NCBI GenBank assembly: GCA_049472395.1
Contig: JBLIRR010000012.1
Span: 55,777-119,776, forward strand
Direction of reading: 5' to 3'
Origin: a bacterium
GTDB taxonomy: Bacteria; SZUA-182; DTGQ01; JBLIRR01
Length of the DNA: 64,000 bases
The position numbers were made by a program, and so were the translations under genes. The first letter of the stretch is position 1. Each line of letters opens with the position of its first letter. Shown here piece by piece: positions 50,055 through 60,810 of this stretch. Under the pieces are notes generated by a model that had not been told where the DNA came from, ran no database searches, and saw nothing but the letters and a program-made list of their open reading frames with translations.

Positions 50055-50135
50055 GATTGAGGAGCCAGGATTGAAGAGCCAGAATTGAAAGCGAACCAGG
50101 GTTGAGCCTAAACCACTGTGAGCTCAACCCTGGTT
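50053..50135. terminator. Direct repeats plus 14-bp perfect hairpin between convergent genes
   Basis: Three ~14-bp direct repeats (AGGATTGAGGAGCC, AGGATTGAAGAGCC, AGAATTGAAAGC) then inverted repeat AACCAGGGTTGAGC / GCTCAACCCTGGTT with 14-nt loop (50094-50135); weak T-tract. Confidence 0.4.
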
Positions 50136-50142
50136 TCTGAGA

Positions 50143-50577
50143 TCAATAGTAAAGGCCGTAAAGTCCGCCGTAGAGTCCGCCATAATATCCGCCATAGAGT
50201 CCGCCGTAATAACCGCCATAGCCGCCGTAGAGTCCGCCGTAATAACCGCCATAGCCGCCGTAGAGTCCGCCATAATAACCGCCATAACCGCCATAGAGTC
50301 CGCCGTAATAACCGCCATATCCGCCATAACCGCCATAGAGTCCGCCGTAATAACCGCCATAGAGTCCACCGCCGTAAAGTCCATAAAGTCCACTATAGCT
50401 AGAGTAACCCGCGGTTCCATAATAGGGATACCCAAATATGCCTGAATTAGAATAATAGGGGCTTAAATATCCACCATAGCCACCATAGTAGGCATGTGCA
50501 GATTGGATAGTAAAACTCAAAGCCACGATAAATATTAAGAATGATAAAATAATAAGTTTATGAGTCGTTATTTTCAT
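50143..50577 (-). CDS. Secreted Gly-Tyr-rich tandem-repeat protein
   Basis: Start at internal Met with AGAGGA RBS (track ORF runs to 50634); signal peptide ending SAHA; mature part almost entirely YGG / LYGG / YYGG repeats. Confidence 0.7.
   Translation of the reverse strand: MKITTHKLIILSFLIFIVALSFTIQSAHAYYGGYGGYLSPYYSNSGIFGYPYYGTAGYSSYSGLYGLYGGGLYGGYYGGLYGGYGGYGGYYGGLYGGYGGYYGGLYGGYGGYYGGLYGGYGGYYGGLYGGYYGGLYGGLYGLYY
50160..50395. repeat. Short tandem DNA repeats (about 15-30 bp units) encoding the GY repeats
   Basis: Recurring units such as GCCGTAGAGTCCGCCGTAATAACCGCCATA visible directly in the sequence. Confidence 0.8.
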
Positions 50578-50957
50578 TTTTATTTCCTCTCTTATTACTT
50601 TCACAAAATTCTTTAATCTTTTTTTAATCTCCAAAGAATGCTTTGAATTTTATGATTTTAATCCTTCTCCCTCACCTCCTCTTTTTATGATTTTTCTTTT
50701 TCATATATATGCTCTTCTCGCCTTGACATTGGAGCATTTACAAAAAGAGATATCATTGGTTTATGAAAAAGCTATATTTACTCATTATATATTTACTCAT
50801 TATATATTCTATTAAAATATATCCTAAAAGCCTATTTTCTGCAATATATTCTTACAAAATTTTCACTTACGAATGTATCCGGAAAATTGATTTATCTCAG
50901 AGCAATAATAATATAATTATGCAAAATGTATACCAAAAAATGGAGCAGGTGAGAAAT

Positions 50958-52991
50958 TTATTCTTTATTTACAAATTGTAGAATTTTTTCTTTAAGTATT
51001 TTTGCATCAACAGGTTTGGTTATATAATCGACCATACCAAGGGCTATGGCATTTTCTTGATCTTCTTTCATTGCAGCTGCGCTCAGGCCGATAATAGGAA
51101 TATTTTTATTTATTTTTTTATGTATTATTTCAGTTGATTTAAGACCTCCCATCACCGGCATTTGTATGTCCATCAGGATAATATCATAGCGATGTGATTG
51201 AACCTTTTGTATTGCCTCCTTTCCATTCCATACCGCATCAACGCAGCACCCATATTTTTCAAGAAGCATTTTTATAAGGCTTTGGTTCGTTGCATTATCT
51301 TCTGCAATAAGGACTCTTATTCCCTTTAATGCTATCTCTTTAGAGAGATGCCGTGTAATGATTTGTCCGCTCTTGCGTTTATCCCCCAATGTGGTTTGAA
51401 AAATGGCTGCGAGTTCTTGCCTTGTTATTGGCTTGGGAAGAAATGCATCGAACCCAGATCTCCTCATTATTCGTGTGCTCCCGATCTTTGCATATAAACT
51501 TATGGCAATAAGTTTTGTTTTTTTATATTTCTCTTCTCTTTTAATTCTCTTTGCGAGTTTATAACCGTCTATTTTTGGCATTTTCAAATCACAGAGGATT
51601 ATATCAGGAATTGTGGAGTGATTATACATCCATTTGAGGAACTCACTTGGAGACGTAGTGCTGTAAAGAATTGTCAGTCCTAAGTTATGGCAATTTGACT
51701 CTAAGATACGGAGTGAATTTTCATTATCATCTATGATGACGACCTTTTTGCCTTTCAGCTTTTTTAATTGAAGAGGGGTTATTTGACTGTCGGCAATAGG
51801 ATCGCTTTCTTTAAGTTTCAAAGTGAAAATGAATTCACTTCCTTTTCCTTCCTCGGATTTAAGCCAAATTTCTCCTCCCATCATTTCAACAAGACGTTTG
51901 GAAATAGCCAGACCAAGACCTGTACCCCCATATTTTCTTGTAGTAGACATATCCGCCTGTGAGAAAACTTCGAATATGGTGCGTCGAACATTTTCCTTGA
52001 CCCCGATTCCCGTGTCTTTTACTGATATTCGTATAGTCTTTATTGTATGGGGCGCAGTCACGTTGGTATCATCTGTCGATTTATCAAGACTCACATGTAA
52101 AGCTATTTCGCCTTCATTTGTAAACTTTATAGCATTACTTAACAGATTGAGTAATATTTGTCTGATTCTTGTAGGATCACCATTGAAGCTTGTTGGCATT
52201 CCATCCTCAAAATTATAATAAAGCTCGATCTTTTTTTCCCTAATTTTGGCGCTCAGTATCTTAAGCACGCTTTCGATCAAGTACTGAAGGTCAAAATTTA
52301 TTTCTTCAAGCTCTACCTGGTCTGCTTCAATCTTAGAAAGATCAAGGATATCATTAATAAGGTCCATAAGTGAATTGCATGTATTGTAAATTATATCGAG
52401 ATAATTCTTTTGACTTGCATCTAAATGAGTATCATGCAAAAGTTCTGCAAATCCTATTAACGCATTCATGGGGGTTCTAATTTCATGTGACATATTAGCG
52501 AGAAATTGGCTTTTTGTCACACTCGCGGATTCCGCCGCTTCTTTGGCTTTAATTAATTTAAGTTGCGTGTGCCTTCGATCGGAAATATCGCGAAAAACCA
52601 CGACAGCACCGAAGATGTGTCCTTTATCATCCCTGATGGGGGACCCATTGGCCCGTATATGAATTCTTTTTCCTTCCTTATTCTCAAGAAGAATCGTATC
52701 TTCAAGCTCGAGTATTTGGCCGGATTTTATTATCAATGAAAAGGGGTTGCGGATTCTTTTGCCCGTTTCTTCATCAATAATAATGAAAATATCACTTAAG
52801 GATTTATTTAGGGCCTCATTCTCCTTATAACCTGTTAATTGGCAGGCCATATAATTTATGAATTCTACCCTGCTATTGATGTCTGTGGCAATTACTCCAT
52901 CTCCAATACTCTTTAGTATTGCTGCAAATTTTTGCTGAGCTTTTATTAATCTATGTTCATCTTCAACTATTACAATCCGTTTCTTTGCCAT
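50958..52991 (-). CDS. Hybrid sensor histidine kinase (PAS, HisKA, HATPase, two receiver domains)
   Basis: PAS region, H-box MSHEIRTPMNAL, HATPase G-boxes (GTGLGLAIS), two C-terminal REC domains. Confidence 0.9.
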   Translation of the reverse strand: MAKKRIVIVEDEHRLIKAQQKFAAILKSIGDGVIATDINSRVEFINYMACQLTGYKENEALNKSLSDIFIIIDEETGKRIRNPFSLIIKSGQILELEDTILLENKEGKRIHIRANGSPIRDDKGHIFGAVVVFRDISDRRHTQLKLIKAKEAAESASVTKSQFLANMSHEIRTPMNALIGFAELLHDTHLDASQKNYLDIIYNTCNSLMDLINDILDLSKIEADQVELEEINFDLQYLIESVLKILSAKIREKKIELYYNFEDGMPTSFNGDPTRIRQILLNLLSNAIKFTNEGEIALHVSLDKSTDDTNVTAPHTIKTIRISVKDTGIGVKENVRRTIFEVFSQADMSTTRKYGGTGLGLAISKRLVEMMGGEIWLKSEEGKGSEFIFTLKLKESDPIADSQITPLQLKKLKGKKVVIIDDNENSLRILESNCHNLGLTILYSTTSPSEFLKWMYNHSTIPDIILCDLKMPKIDGYKLAKRIKREEKYKKTKLIAISLYAKIGSTRIMRRSGFDAFLPKPITRQELAAIFQTTLGDKRKSGQIITRHLSKEIALKGIRVLIAEDNATNQSLIKMLLEKYGCCVDAVWNGKEAIQKVQSHRYDIILMDIQMPVMGGLKSTEIIHKKINKNIPIIGLSAAAMKEDQENAIALGMVDYITKPVDAKILKEKILQFVNKE

Positions 52992-53027
52992 TATTTTGTT
53001 CTATTTCCTCATTACACAAAGCTTTTC

Positions 53028-55592
53028 TCAATGCTTATTCATTTTTTCACGCGGGAAGGTAATCTTGAATTCCGTCCCTTTGTGACAGCTCAGTTCGATC
53101 TTTCCATTAAGTTGATGGGTCAAGCACTGCACTAACACCAGACCCAGTGAATCAGGGTGGTTCAGGTCTATCTCGCCTGAGAACCCTGTTCCATTGTCCC
53201 TGACAATTAAAATTAAGTTGTTATCCCTTCCGTGATAGAGAGTAAGGTATATTTCTCCCTTATTGCGATTGGGAAAGGCATGCTTAAGGCTATTTGATAC
53301 AAGCTCATTTATTATTATCCCGCATGGAATGGCTGAGTTGATGTCAAGGAATATGTTCTTCATATCTATTGTCAATTGAATGGATGTGGATCTTTCCTTG
53401 TATGTTTGAAAAAGATAGGAGAGCAGATCCCGGCTATAGTGAGAAAAGTTGATCTTGTCTAAATTCTCTGATTCATAGAGTTTTTCGTGTACCAAAGCCA
53501 TAGACCTTACCCGGCTTTGACTGTCCTTAAATAGCTCCTCTACCTCTTTGTTCTGGATATATTGACTATGAAGGTTAAGCATACTGGAGATAACTTGCAT
53601 ATTATTTTTGACCCTATGATGGATTTCTTTAAGCAGTACTTCCTTTTCCTTCAGGGATTGTTTAATTTGATTTTCAGTGTGCTTGCGAAAAGTGATATCT
53701 ATATTGGTACATACGATGCGCAATGGCGCCCCGTTTTTATTTCTTTCAATCACTTTCCCCCGTGAGAGGACCCATATCCACTGCTTGTGGATGGTTTTGA
53801 GCCTATATTCAACCTCGAAATAAGGGGTATCCCCCTTTCGTATTGAGTTGAATAAATCTTCTACCCTTTGCCTGTCCTCCGGATGTATTCGTTTTACCCA
53901 TAATGCATAATCTCCATGTATTTCATGAGGCTTAGAAAAACCGAGCATTCTCTGCCAGCTTGGATCAAAGTAAAGCTCATCAGTGGCCACGTTATAATCC
54001 CATAGCCCCTGATTTGTTCCTTCAATTGCTAATTGCACGCGCTCCTGGCTTATTCGTAAATTCTCTTCTATCTGTTTGCGCCTCGTGACATCATCATACA
54101 CTGCCACGACCTCCCCTGAGGGTAATTTGTATACGTAATTTTCACGCCAGCCTGCAATACGATCATCTTTATAGAGGGATATCGGATGATTTTCCGAATT
54201 CCCCGTACGCCATACCCTCTGAAATACCTTAAAAAGACCGAAATCTTTTACTCCGGGAAACACGTCGACAACACTTTTGCCGAGAAGGTCGCTTTTATTG
54301 ATTTTATCAATATGCTCTGAAGCTCGGTTTAAATCTTTGAAAATAAAATCATCTCCATCATTCACAGCTTCATACACAGCCACTCCGCTGCTCATATTAT
54401 TAAACAATTCTCTGTACCTCTCCTCACTTATTCTTATTTTCTCTTCGGCTTTTTTTCGGGCAGTAATATCGGTAAAACTCTCAATAATTCCTATAATTTC
54501 TCCATCCGGCCCCAGGTAGGGAACTGCAGTGACGATACATGATATTTTTTCTCCATTAGGCAGTTCCTTATCGACCTCATAATCATAGCGTTTTTGTCCC
54601 TCCAATATTATTCTCATCGGGCATTGGGAAGTATTGCATAGGGGTCCTTGCCAGATAGCTGAACATACGCTACCGATTGTCGTGTCTTTTTCCATCTGGA
54701 AATAAGCGGCAAATGTGTCGTTTATCTGCAGCATTGTATATTCTTTACTAATAACACACATGGGAACAGAGGTATTGAATATCTGACGAAAATCTGAAAG
54801 GGCCCGTTGGAGTCTATCTCTCATTTTTCTTTGTTCCGTCACATCATGGAATATAAGCACAGCACCCCTAATAAGCCCCTTCTCATCTTTAATTGGAGAA
54901 CCGCTGTCAGTAATGGGGATTTTGTTGCCCTCTTTCGTTATCAGGACGGTATGGTTATCCATTCCACTGACAACTCCTTTCGTAAGAGCCTGTGTGACCG
55001 GATCATCAGCAGGTTCTCCCGTATATTCATTAATAATTTTAAAGATATCCCACAAATGCTTATGATGAGCTTTACTGCTTCCCCAACCGGTTAATGCTTC
55101 TGCCACAGGATTCATAAATTTTATTCTGCCCCTCTCATCAGTAACTATGACTCCATCACCAATACTTCGCAATGTTGTTGAGAGCCATTGCTCATTATTT
55201 TTAAGTTTCATTTCTATATCATATCTGTAAAGCGCCATATCGATCACAGTGCGCAACTCTCTATCCTCAAAGGGCTTGAGAAGATGGCCATAAGGTTCTG
55301 TTGCTTTTATTCTATCAAGAGTTAATTTTTCTTGATAGGCAGTTAAATAGATAATAGGGATATTGAATTGCTCCCGAATCCTGCAGGCAGCCTCAATCCC
55401 ATCCATCTTACCCTTTAATCGAATATCCATGAGGATAAGCTCAGGTCTGATATCTGCAGCTTTTATAATCGCGTCTTCTCCTGTATCAACTATTGCCGGC
55501 ACACTATATCCCAAATTTTCCAATTTATTTTTTACGTCAAGGGCAATAATAGTTTCATCTTCAACTATAATTATTTTGATAGGCTTTTCCAT
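53028..55592 (-). CDS. Receiver / multi-PAS / HisKA_2-type histidine kinase
   Basis: N-terminal REC (IIVEDETI...LILMDIRL), three or more PAS-like segments, HisKA_2 H-box (HHRVKNNMQVISSMLNL), HATPase. Confidence 0.85.
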   Translation of the reverse strand: MEKPIKIIIVEDETIIALDVKNKLENLGYSVPAIVDTGEDAIIKAADIRPELILMDIRLKGKMDGIEAACRIREQFNIPIIYLTAYQEKLTLDRIKATEPYGHLLKPFEDRELRTVIDMALYRYDIEMKLKNNEQWLSTTLRSIGDGVIVTDERGRIKFMNPVAEALTGWGSSKAHHKHLWDIFKIINEYTGEPADDPVTQALTKGVVSGMDNHTVLITKEGNKIPITDSGSPIKDEKGLIRGAVLIFHDVTEQRKMRDRLQRALSDFRQIFNTSVPMCVISKEYTMLQINDTFAAYFQMEKDTTIGSVCSAIWQGPLCNTSQCPMRIILEGQKRYDYEVDKELPNGEKISCIVTAVPYLGPDGEIIGIIESFTDITARKKAEEKIRISEERYRELFNNMSSGVAVYEAVNDGDDFIFKDLNRASEHIDKINKSDLLGKSVVDVFPGVKDFGLFKVFQRVWRTGNSENHPISLYKDDRIAGWRENYVYKLPSGEVVAVYDDVTRRKQIEENLRISQERVQLAIEGTNQGLWDYNVATDELYFDPSWQRMLGFSKPHEIHGDYALWVKRIHPEDRQRVEDLFNSIRKGDTPYFEVEYRLKTIHKQWIWVLSRGKVIERNKNGAPLRIVCTNIDITFRKHTENQIKQSLKEKEVLLKEIHHRVKNNMQVISSMLNLHSQYIQNKEVEELFKDSQSRVRSMALVHEKLYESENLDKINFSHYSRDLLSYLFQTYKERSTSIQLTIDMKNIFLDINSAIPCGIIINELVSNSLKHAFPNRNKGEIYLTLYHGRDNNLILIVRDNGTGFSGEIDLNHPDSLGLVLVQCLTHQLNGKIELSCHKGTEFKITFPREKMNKH

Positions 55593-55812
55593 TATCCCGG
55601 CTCCTCTTTTCTCATAATTTTTTTATTGTGAGGACGTATTATTGACGTTCTCTCACTATCATAAAAATTATCCAATTATGTCATAATATATTTATTTATT
55701 ATTAATGTCAAAAATATCGCCTTATTGCTGAGGCAAAGGGATTGTTTTACAAAAATGATTTTGATATATGTATATTATAAAACCATATGATTTGCGAAGG
55801 AGGATACGTAGT

Positions 55813-56316
55813 ATGGATACAATAACAGCTATTAAGACAAGACGAAGTATAAGGAGATATGTCTCTAAGAAAATTGACGAGGCACTCATAAAAGAGATAG
55901 TGGAAGCGGGCAGTCTCGCCCCTTCAGGACTTAATAACCAACCCTGGAGATTTATCGTTGTTGAAGACAAGGATATGATAGATCGAGTCTCAAGGAACAC
56001 GAAATATTCACATGTGATTAAAAACGCCTCTGTTATTATTTGTGTCTATCTGGATAAAGCTGAAAGTTATAACTATATTAAGGATGTTCAGGCAATTGGC
56101 GCATGTATTCAGAATATGCTCCTTTTCAGCCATGCACATGGCCTTGGCTCCTGCTGGATGGGAGAGATATTAAATAAAGCGGAACAGGTCAACACATTAA
56201 TGAAGGTTCCCACAGAATTTGAGCTTATGGCTGTTATTACTCTCGGCTATCCGGCCGAGTCAGGGCAATCAGAGAGAAAGAAGATAGATGATTTAGTATA
56301 TGGGTGGTTAAAATAA
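55813..56316 (+). CDS. Nitroreductase family protein
   Basis: Motifs RRSIRRY, APSGLNNQPWRF; start at ATG 55813 with GAAGGAGGA RBS (track ORF begins at 55768). Confidence 0.85.
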   Translation: MDTITAIKTRRSIRRYVSKKIDEALIKEIVEAGSLAPSGLNNQPWRFIVVEDKDMIDRVSRNTKYSHVIKNASVIICVYLDKAESYNYIKDVQAIGACIQNMLLFSHAHGLGSCWMGEILNKAEQVNTLMKVPTEFELMAVITLGYPAESGQSERKKIDDLVYGWLK

Positions 56317-56474
56317 GGGTAATAAGAATATCCAGGCTTATCCGTAAGAAAGGAAATGATATGCCGATATAAAAAATATGCACCAGTGTCTCATACACTT
56401 AGTATGAGGGAAGTGCTGTGGAGATTGAGCAGCACCGGATCACAATAAGTCATAGAGCAGGGTAAAGAAGACAG

Positions 56475-57320
56475 ATGCCCGTTAGTAAGACATATCATAT
56501 ACATACACTTGATCATTTCATATTATATGGGATTGCGTGCGGTATACTATGGTGGATGATTGAAGTCTTCATCAACGTATCTATTTTGCATAATGGCACT
56601 TTTATTGAACAATTATTTTATCCGAGCTTTCATAATCTCTGGATTCGATTCTCTGTCGCCTGTTTATCAATTTCGTTTGGAATCTATGTTCATCTTAGTC
56701 TCACCAAAAGGAATGAAATGGAAGAGAAACTTTACAGGGCTGAAAAAGAGGTGGATAAGAGAGTTCGGGAACGCACTGAGGAGTTGATATTCGTGAATAA
56801 ATCTCTTCAGCAAGAAATTAATAGACAAAAACACCACATTACTATTGAGAGTGCACAGAATAAACAGGGTATAGGCGTGCTTGAAGAGAGCGAAAGCCAA
56901 TCAAAAAGAGTGTTAGATTCCTTACCTTTTGGAGTTGTTCTTATTGACAGAGAGACACATCTCATTGTCTATGTTAATCCCGCGAGCATAAAAATTATTA
57001 GTACTGACAGAAAAAAAATAATTGGCTCTCTATGCTATAAACACATTTGTCCGAGAGAGGAAGCGCAGTGTCCTATTACAGATCTTGGAGAGAGCATAGA
57101 GAGTTCGGAATGTTTCCTTCAAAAGGCCAATGGGGAAAGAGTCGCCATTTTAAAGACAGTCCTTCCCATTAGGTTGAATAATCATGATTATCTTCTTGAA
57201 AGCTTTTTAGATATTACGGAAAGTATGCAGACAAAAACCACACCAGATTCTGTCAAAAGTGGTGTAGCAGAAATAAACTGGGAAGAATTGGAAATCTTGG
57301 ATACACTCCCTGTTTCTTAA
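56475..57320 (+). CDS. Membrane-anchored PAS-domain protein with no output domain
   Basis: Two N-terminal TM helices, coiled-coil, single PAS-like domain; no kinase or other effector domain. Confidence 0.7.
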   Translation: MPVSKTYHIHTLDHFILYGIACGILWWMIEVFINVSILHNGTFIEQLFYPSFHNLWIRFSVACLSISFGIYVHLSLTKRNEMEEKLYRAEKEVDKRVRERTEELIFVNKSLQQEINRQKHHITIESAQNKQGIGVLEESESQSKRVLDSLPFGVVLIDRETHLIVYVNPASIKIISTDRKKIIGSLCYKHICPREEAQCPITDLGESIESSECFLQKANGERVAILKTVLPIRLNNHDYLLESFLDITESMQTKTTPDSVKSGVAEINWEELEILDTLPVS

Positions 57321-57500
57321 TAGTATGGTTTGGTACGTATAGTATGGTTTCATACTCCCCCCCAAAAAAATTAGTTATAATATTTATCTTGGAAAGATAA
57401 TGAAAAATTCTGTTTTTTATTATATACTAGAATAGAACATTGAGTTGGGATGTAAGCTTACATTATTATTAAATCAGGTGAAAGGGGAGAGCGAAGTGCT

Positions 57501-58451
57501 ATGTCTTATAAAGATAATGAAATGGAATTGTTAAATATCGTGAATAATAATGAGAGTTATTTTTCTTCGGAAGAACCTGTTGAAGTGTCGGAAGAACCTA
57601 TTGAAGATCCGAAAGCTTCTGAGACTAATAATGAGATTAAGATTTATTTGCGTGAAATAGCAAAAGTACCGCTTCTGTCAAGAAAAGAAGAGAAGGAATA
57701 TGCTTTAAGGATTGCCCAGGGTGATACGTATGCGAAATCTGAAATGACGAAGGCAAATTTACGCCTTGTGGTGAATATTGCAAAAAAATACATTAACTGT
57801 GGCCTTCCTTTTTTGGATTTGATACAGGAGGGGAATCTCGGATTAATGAAAGCTGTTGAAAAATTTGATGTGAAGCGTAAATGTAAATTTAGTACCTATG
57901 CAATATGGTGGATTAGGCAAGGAATTACCCGTGCAATAGCTGAAAAGTCACAAACTATAAGGGTCCCGGTGCACACAATGGATGCGGTTAAATCATTGCT
58001 TAAACATACTCAAAAATTTCTGCAAAATAATCACAGAGAGCCTGATAATAAAGAATTAGCAAAATCCATGAAAATATCAATAGAGAAAGTAGAAGAGTTA
58101 AAAAATATTATTAAGAGTCCTATTTCTATTGAAGAACCCATTAATGAATTAGGTAATTATAATATTGTTGATTATATAGAAGATAAACAGTATGTTTCAG
58201 CGTTGGACAGGTTAATTAATGATAATTTAAGTGAGCAGATTCGAAAGGTATTACATACCTTACCAGAAAGAGAAAGAAATGTAATTAAACTGCGATTTGG
58301 CATAGGAGTGCCCACCACAAAGACATTAAATGAGGTTGGGGATCAGTTTCATTTATCACGGGAAAGGGTCAGGCAGCTTCAACAACGAGCCCTTGCCCGG
58401 CTTAAGGAACCTGAACGTTTAAAACCATTGTATGATTTCTTTGGAAATTGA
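57501..58451 (+). CDS. RNA polymerase sigma factor, sigma-70 family (group 1/2-like, RpoS-sized)
   Basis: Region 2 ([11 protein letters not shown]...[26 protein letters not shown]), region 3 (IRVPVHTMD), region 4 HTH; AAAGGGGAGAG RBS. Confidence 0.85.
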   Translation: MSYKDNEMELLNIVNNNESYFSSEEPVEVSEEPIEDPKASETNNEIKIYLREIAKVPLLSRKEEKEYALRIAQGDTYAKSEMTKANLRLVVNIAKKYINCGLPFLDLIQEGNLGLMKAVEKFDVKRKCKFSTYAIWWIRQGITRAIAEKSQTIRVPVHTMDAVKSLLKHTQKFLQNNHREPDNKELAKSMKISIEKVEELKNIIKSPISIEEPINELGNYNIVDYIEDKQYVSALDRLINDNLSEQIRKVLHTLPERERNVIKLRFGIGVPTTKTLNEVGDQFHLSRERVRQLQQRALARLKEPERLKPLYDFFGN

Positions 58452-58486
58452 GAGGGTATATTTCTCTGTGTGGGTGAGGAATCTCA

Positions 58487-58993
58487 TTAGGAATCTAATA
58501 ATGATTCTAAGTATGGCTCGATTGCCCGACATGTATGACAAATAATATTTCCATTTTTATCAATGAGGGTTTTGGATGGTACGCCTTGGACCCCATACGT
58601 GCTGGCCACCTTTGCATATTTATCCAACAGAATTGTATAAGGAATGTTATGTTGAGCTGCAAATGACGATACTTTTTTTTCGCTTTCCTGGATATCGATA
58701 TTAATAATTTCAAATCCCTTTTCTTTATATTTTGAATAGAGATCTCTTAAATAGGGAATTTCCGACACACAGTATCGGCACCATGTTGTGGTAAAAACTA
58801 AAAGCACGACCTTTCCCTTAAAATCACTAAGCTGTATCTTGTTTCCCTTTAAATCATCGAGCATAAATCCTGGTGCGCCGACTTCAATATCTTGACCCCT
58901 CCCTGATTTTTTTCCTGTGGGTGAAAAATCTTCAGATGAGGAACATCCCATCAGATTAATAATAAGAAAAAAACAAATTAATAACTTATACAT
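58487..58993 (-). CDS. TlpA-like thiol-disulfide oxidoreductase lipoprotein
   Basis: Lipobox (LMGCSS); thioredoxin-fold CxxC motif WCRYC. Confidence 0.8.
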   Translation of the reverse strand: MYKLLICFFLIINLMGCSSSEDFSPTGKKSGRGQDIEVGAPGFMLDDLKGNKIQLSDFKGKVVLLVFTTTWCRYCVSEIPYLRDLYSKYKEKGFEIINIDIQESEKKVSSFAAQHNIPYTILLDKYAKVASTYGVQGVPSKTLIDKNGNIICHTCRAIEPYLESLLDS

Positions 58994-59162
58994 GCGCTCA
59001 CTCCATACTCAGAACTCCTCATTGTAAAGCTCCCTAAAAATGATAATTATATTACACTATATCGGCAAAGAAGTCAATTATCACTCGGCAATTCACATTA
59101 TTGATTTTTTTTTGATATACTATCACTATAAAATAGTATACATAACCGAGAGAGGAACATAA

Positions 59163-60692
59163 ATGCCAAAAAAAGAATCCAAGATGTTGGTGCCCTATCA
59201 TCCAACTATAGAACAGCTGAGGCCTTTAGTCTTAGGGAAAAAGCTCAACATAGACAGATCAATAATAGACAATCTGGATACGAATATAATAATACTTGAT
59301 AAAAATATGAATATCACGCTCATGAATCGTGCTGCTGAAAAAACATTAGGTGTCCTTTTCTCAGAGTTAAAAGGGAAAAGCTTTCTCTCCTTGAAATCAC
59401 ACTCAATGAAAAATGAGCTGAGCATAGACCTTAATGAAGTGATTAAAAATCAGAAGACTGTGAATAAGCGTGAGATTCGCTATTTATCCCCGGATAATAC
59501 TGCCCATTTTATTGATTTTAATTATATGCCAATAATCAATGATGATGGTGAGGTTGAGGGGATACTTTCATTTGGGAAGGATGTGACAGAGGCAGTTAAT
59601 CAAGAAATTATTCAACAGGAGACAAATAATAAACTCAAGGAACTGCTCAAGCAACTGTCTAAAAAGGATAAGCAGATAAAAACATTACAAAATCAATTAC
59701 GGGATAGATATAAATTTCATAATCTGATTGGAAAGAATTATCTGATGCAGAATATTTTTGATTTAATAGAAAAGATAGCCCCCACCGACTCAACCGTTCT
59801 TATTACAGGGGAAACAGGCGTGGGCAAAGAATTAGTCGCCAAGGCAATTCATTACAATAGTCTTCGCAGAGATTACCCGCTTGTGAGTATCAATTGTGCG
59901 AGCCTTGTTGAAACTTTGTTGGAAAGCGAGCTTTTTGGTCATGTGAAAGGCTCCTTTACCGGGGCTATCAGGGATAAAAAGGGAAAGTTTGAGATTGCTG
60001 ATAAAGGTACTATATTCTTGGATGAGATTGGTGAAATTTCTTTTTCAACACAGGCGAAATTATTACGGGTCATTCAGGAAAAAGAAATTGAACGAATAGG
60101 TGATGAAAGAAAAATCAAGGTCGATATTCGAATCATTGCTGCCACTAACCAGGACCTTCTTGAAATGATTAAAAAAGGGAAGTTTCGCAAGGACCTCTTT
60201 TACAGATTAAATGTAATAAGCATCAAAATACCGCCTTTAAGGGATAGAATTGATGATATCCCTCTTTTGACTAAACATTTTATCACTCTCTTCAATAAAC
60301 GATATAATCAGAATATCAGAGAGATATCCCCGTTAGTGCAGAAAAAGCTCCTGAATTATTCCTGGCCGGGCAATGTGAGGGAATTGGAGGCAGTGTTGGA
60401 AAAAGCGATAATTTTAAGTTCATCCGATGTCATAAAAGAAGTTGACATTACCCCTGCCGATCATCCCGCTTCCCTCTATCTGTTGCCTCAGAATAAAGAA
60501 TCAGAGGAAGCGCTTACGTCTTATGATGAGGTGAAGGAACGAATAGATGAATTTGAAAAAAATTATTTCCTCACTGTATTTAAAAAATGTAAGGGAAGAA
60601 TAAACGATATCTCTGAGTTGACAGGATTAAACCGACGCACAATCTTAAATAAAGTGAAGAAATTCAATATTAATAAGAACGATTTTAAATAA
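59163..60692 (+). CDS. Sigma-54-dependent transcriptional activator with N-terminal PAS domain
   Basis: PAS region, AAA+ motifs GETGVGKE, GAFTGA, FRKDLFYRLNV, C-terminal HTH; GAGAGGAAC RBS. Confidence 0.9.
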   Translation: MPKKESKMLVPYHPTIEQLRPLVLGKKLNIDRSIIDNLDTNIIILDKNMNITLMNRAAEKTLGVLFSELKGKSFLSLKSHSMKNELSIDLNEVIKNQKTVNKREIRYLSPDNTAHFIDFNYMPIINDDGEVEGILSFGKDVTEAVNQEIIQQETNNKLKELLKQLSKKDKQIKTLQNQLRDRYKFHNLIGKNYLMQNIFDLIEKIAPTDSTVLITGETGVGKELVAKAIHYNSLRRDYPLVSINCASLVETLLESELFGHVKGSFTGAIRDKKGKFEIADKGTIFLDEIGEISFSTQAKLLRVIQEKEIERIGDERKIKVDIRIIAATNQDLLEMIKKGKFRKDLFYRLNVISIKIPPLRDRIDDIPLLTKHFITLFNKRYNQNIREISPLVQKKLLNYSWPGNVRELEAVLEKAIILSSSDVIKEVDITPADHPASLYLLPQNKESEEALTSYDEVKERIDEFEKNYFLTVFKKCKGRINDISELTGLNRRTILNKVKKFNINKNDFK

Positions 60693-60810
60693 GACAGCAA
60701 TCCCTTGTATTTCTAAGAGTGCACTATAATAAATTGAAAAAAATTACATTTCATGCTATAAAACTGACAATAGTATATTGATATTGAATTTAATAAAGGA
60801 GAAATACACT

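Noticed and set aside
50118-50402. Arg-rich 94-aa ORF (RRVRHNIRHRVRRNNRH repeats) on the plus strand
   Set aside because: It is the mirror frame of the tandem DNA repeats that encode the Gly-Tyr protein on the minus strand. That frame has a signal peptide and a strong RBS; this one has neither.
50763-50981. 72-aa hydrophobic low-complexity ORF in the AT-rich spacer before the hybrid kinase gene
   Set aside because: Ile/Leu/Tyr/Lys-rich translation is typical of AT-rich non-coding DNA; no RBS, and it overlaps the kinase gene's 3' end.
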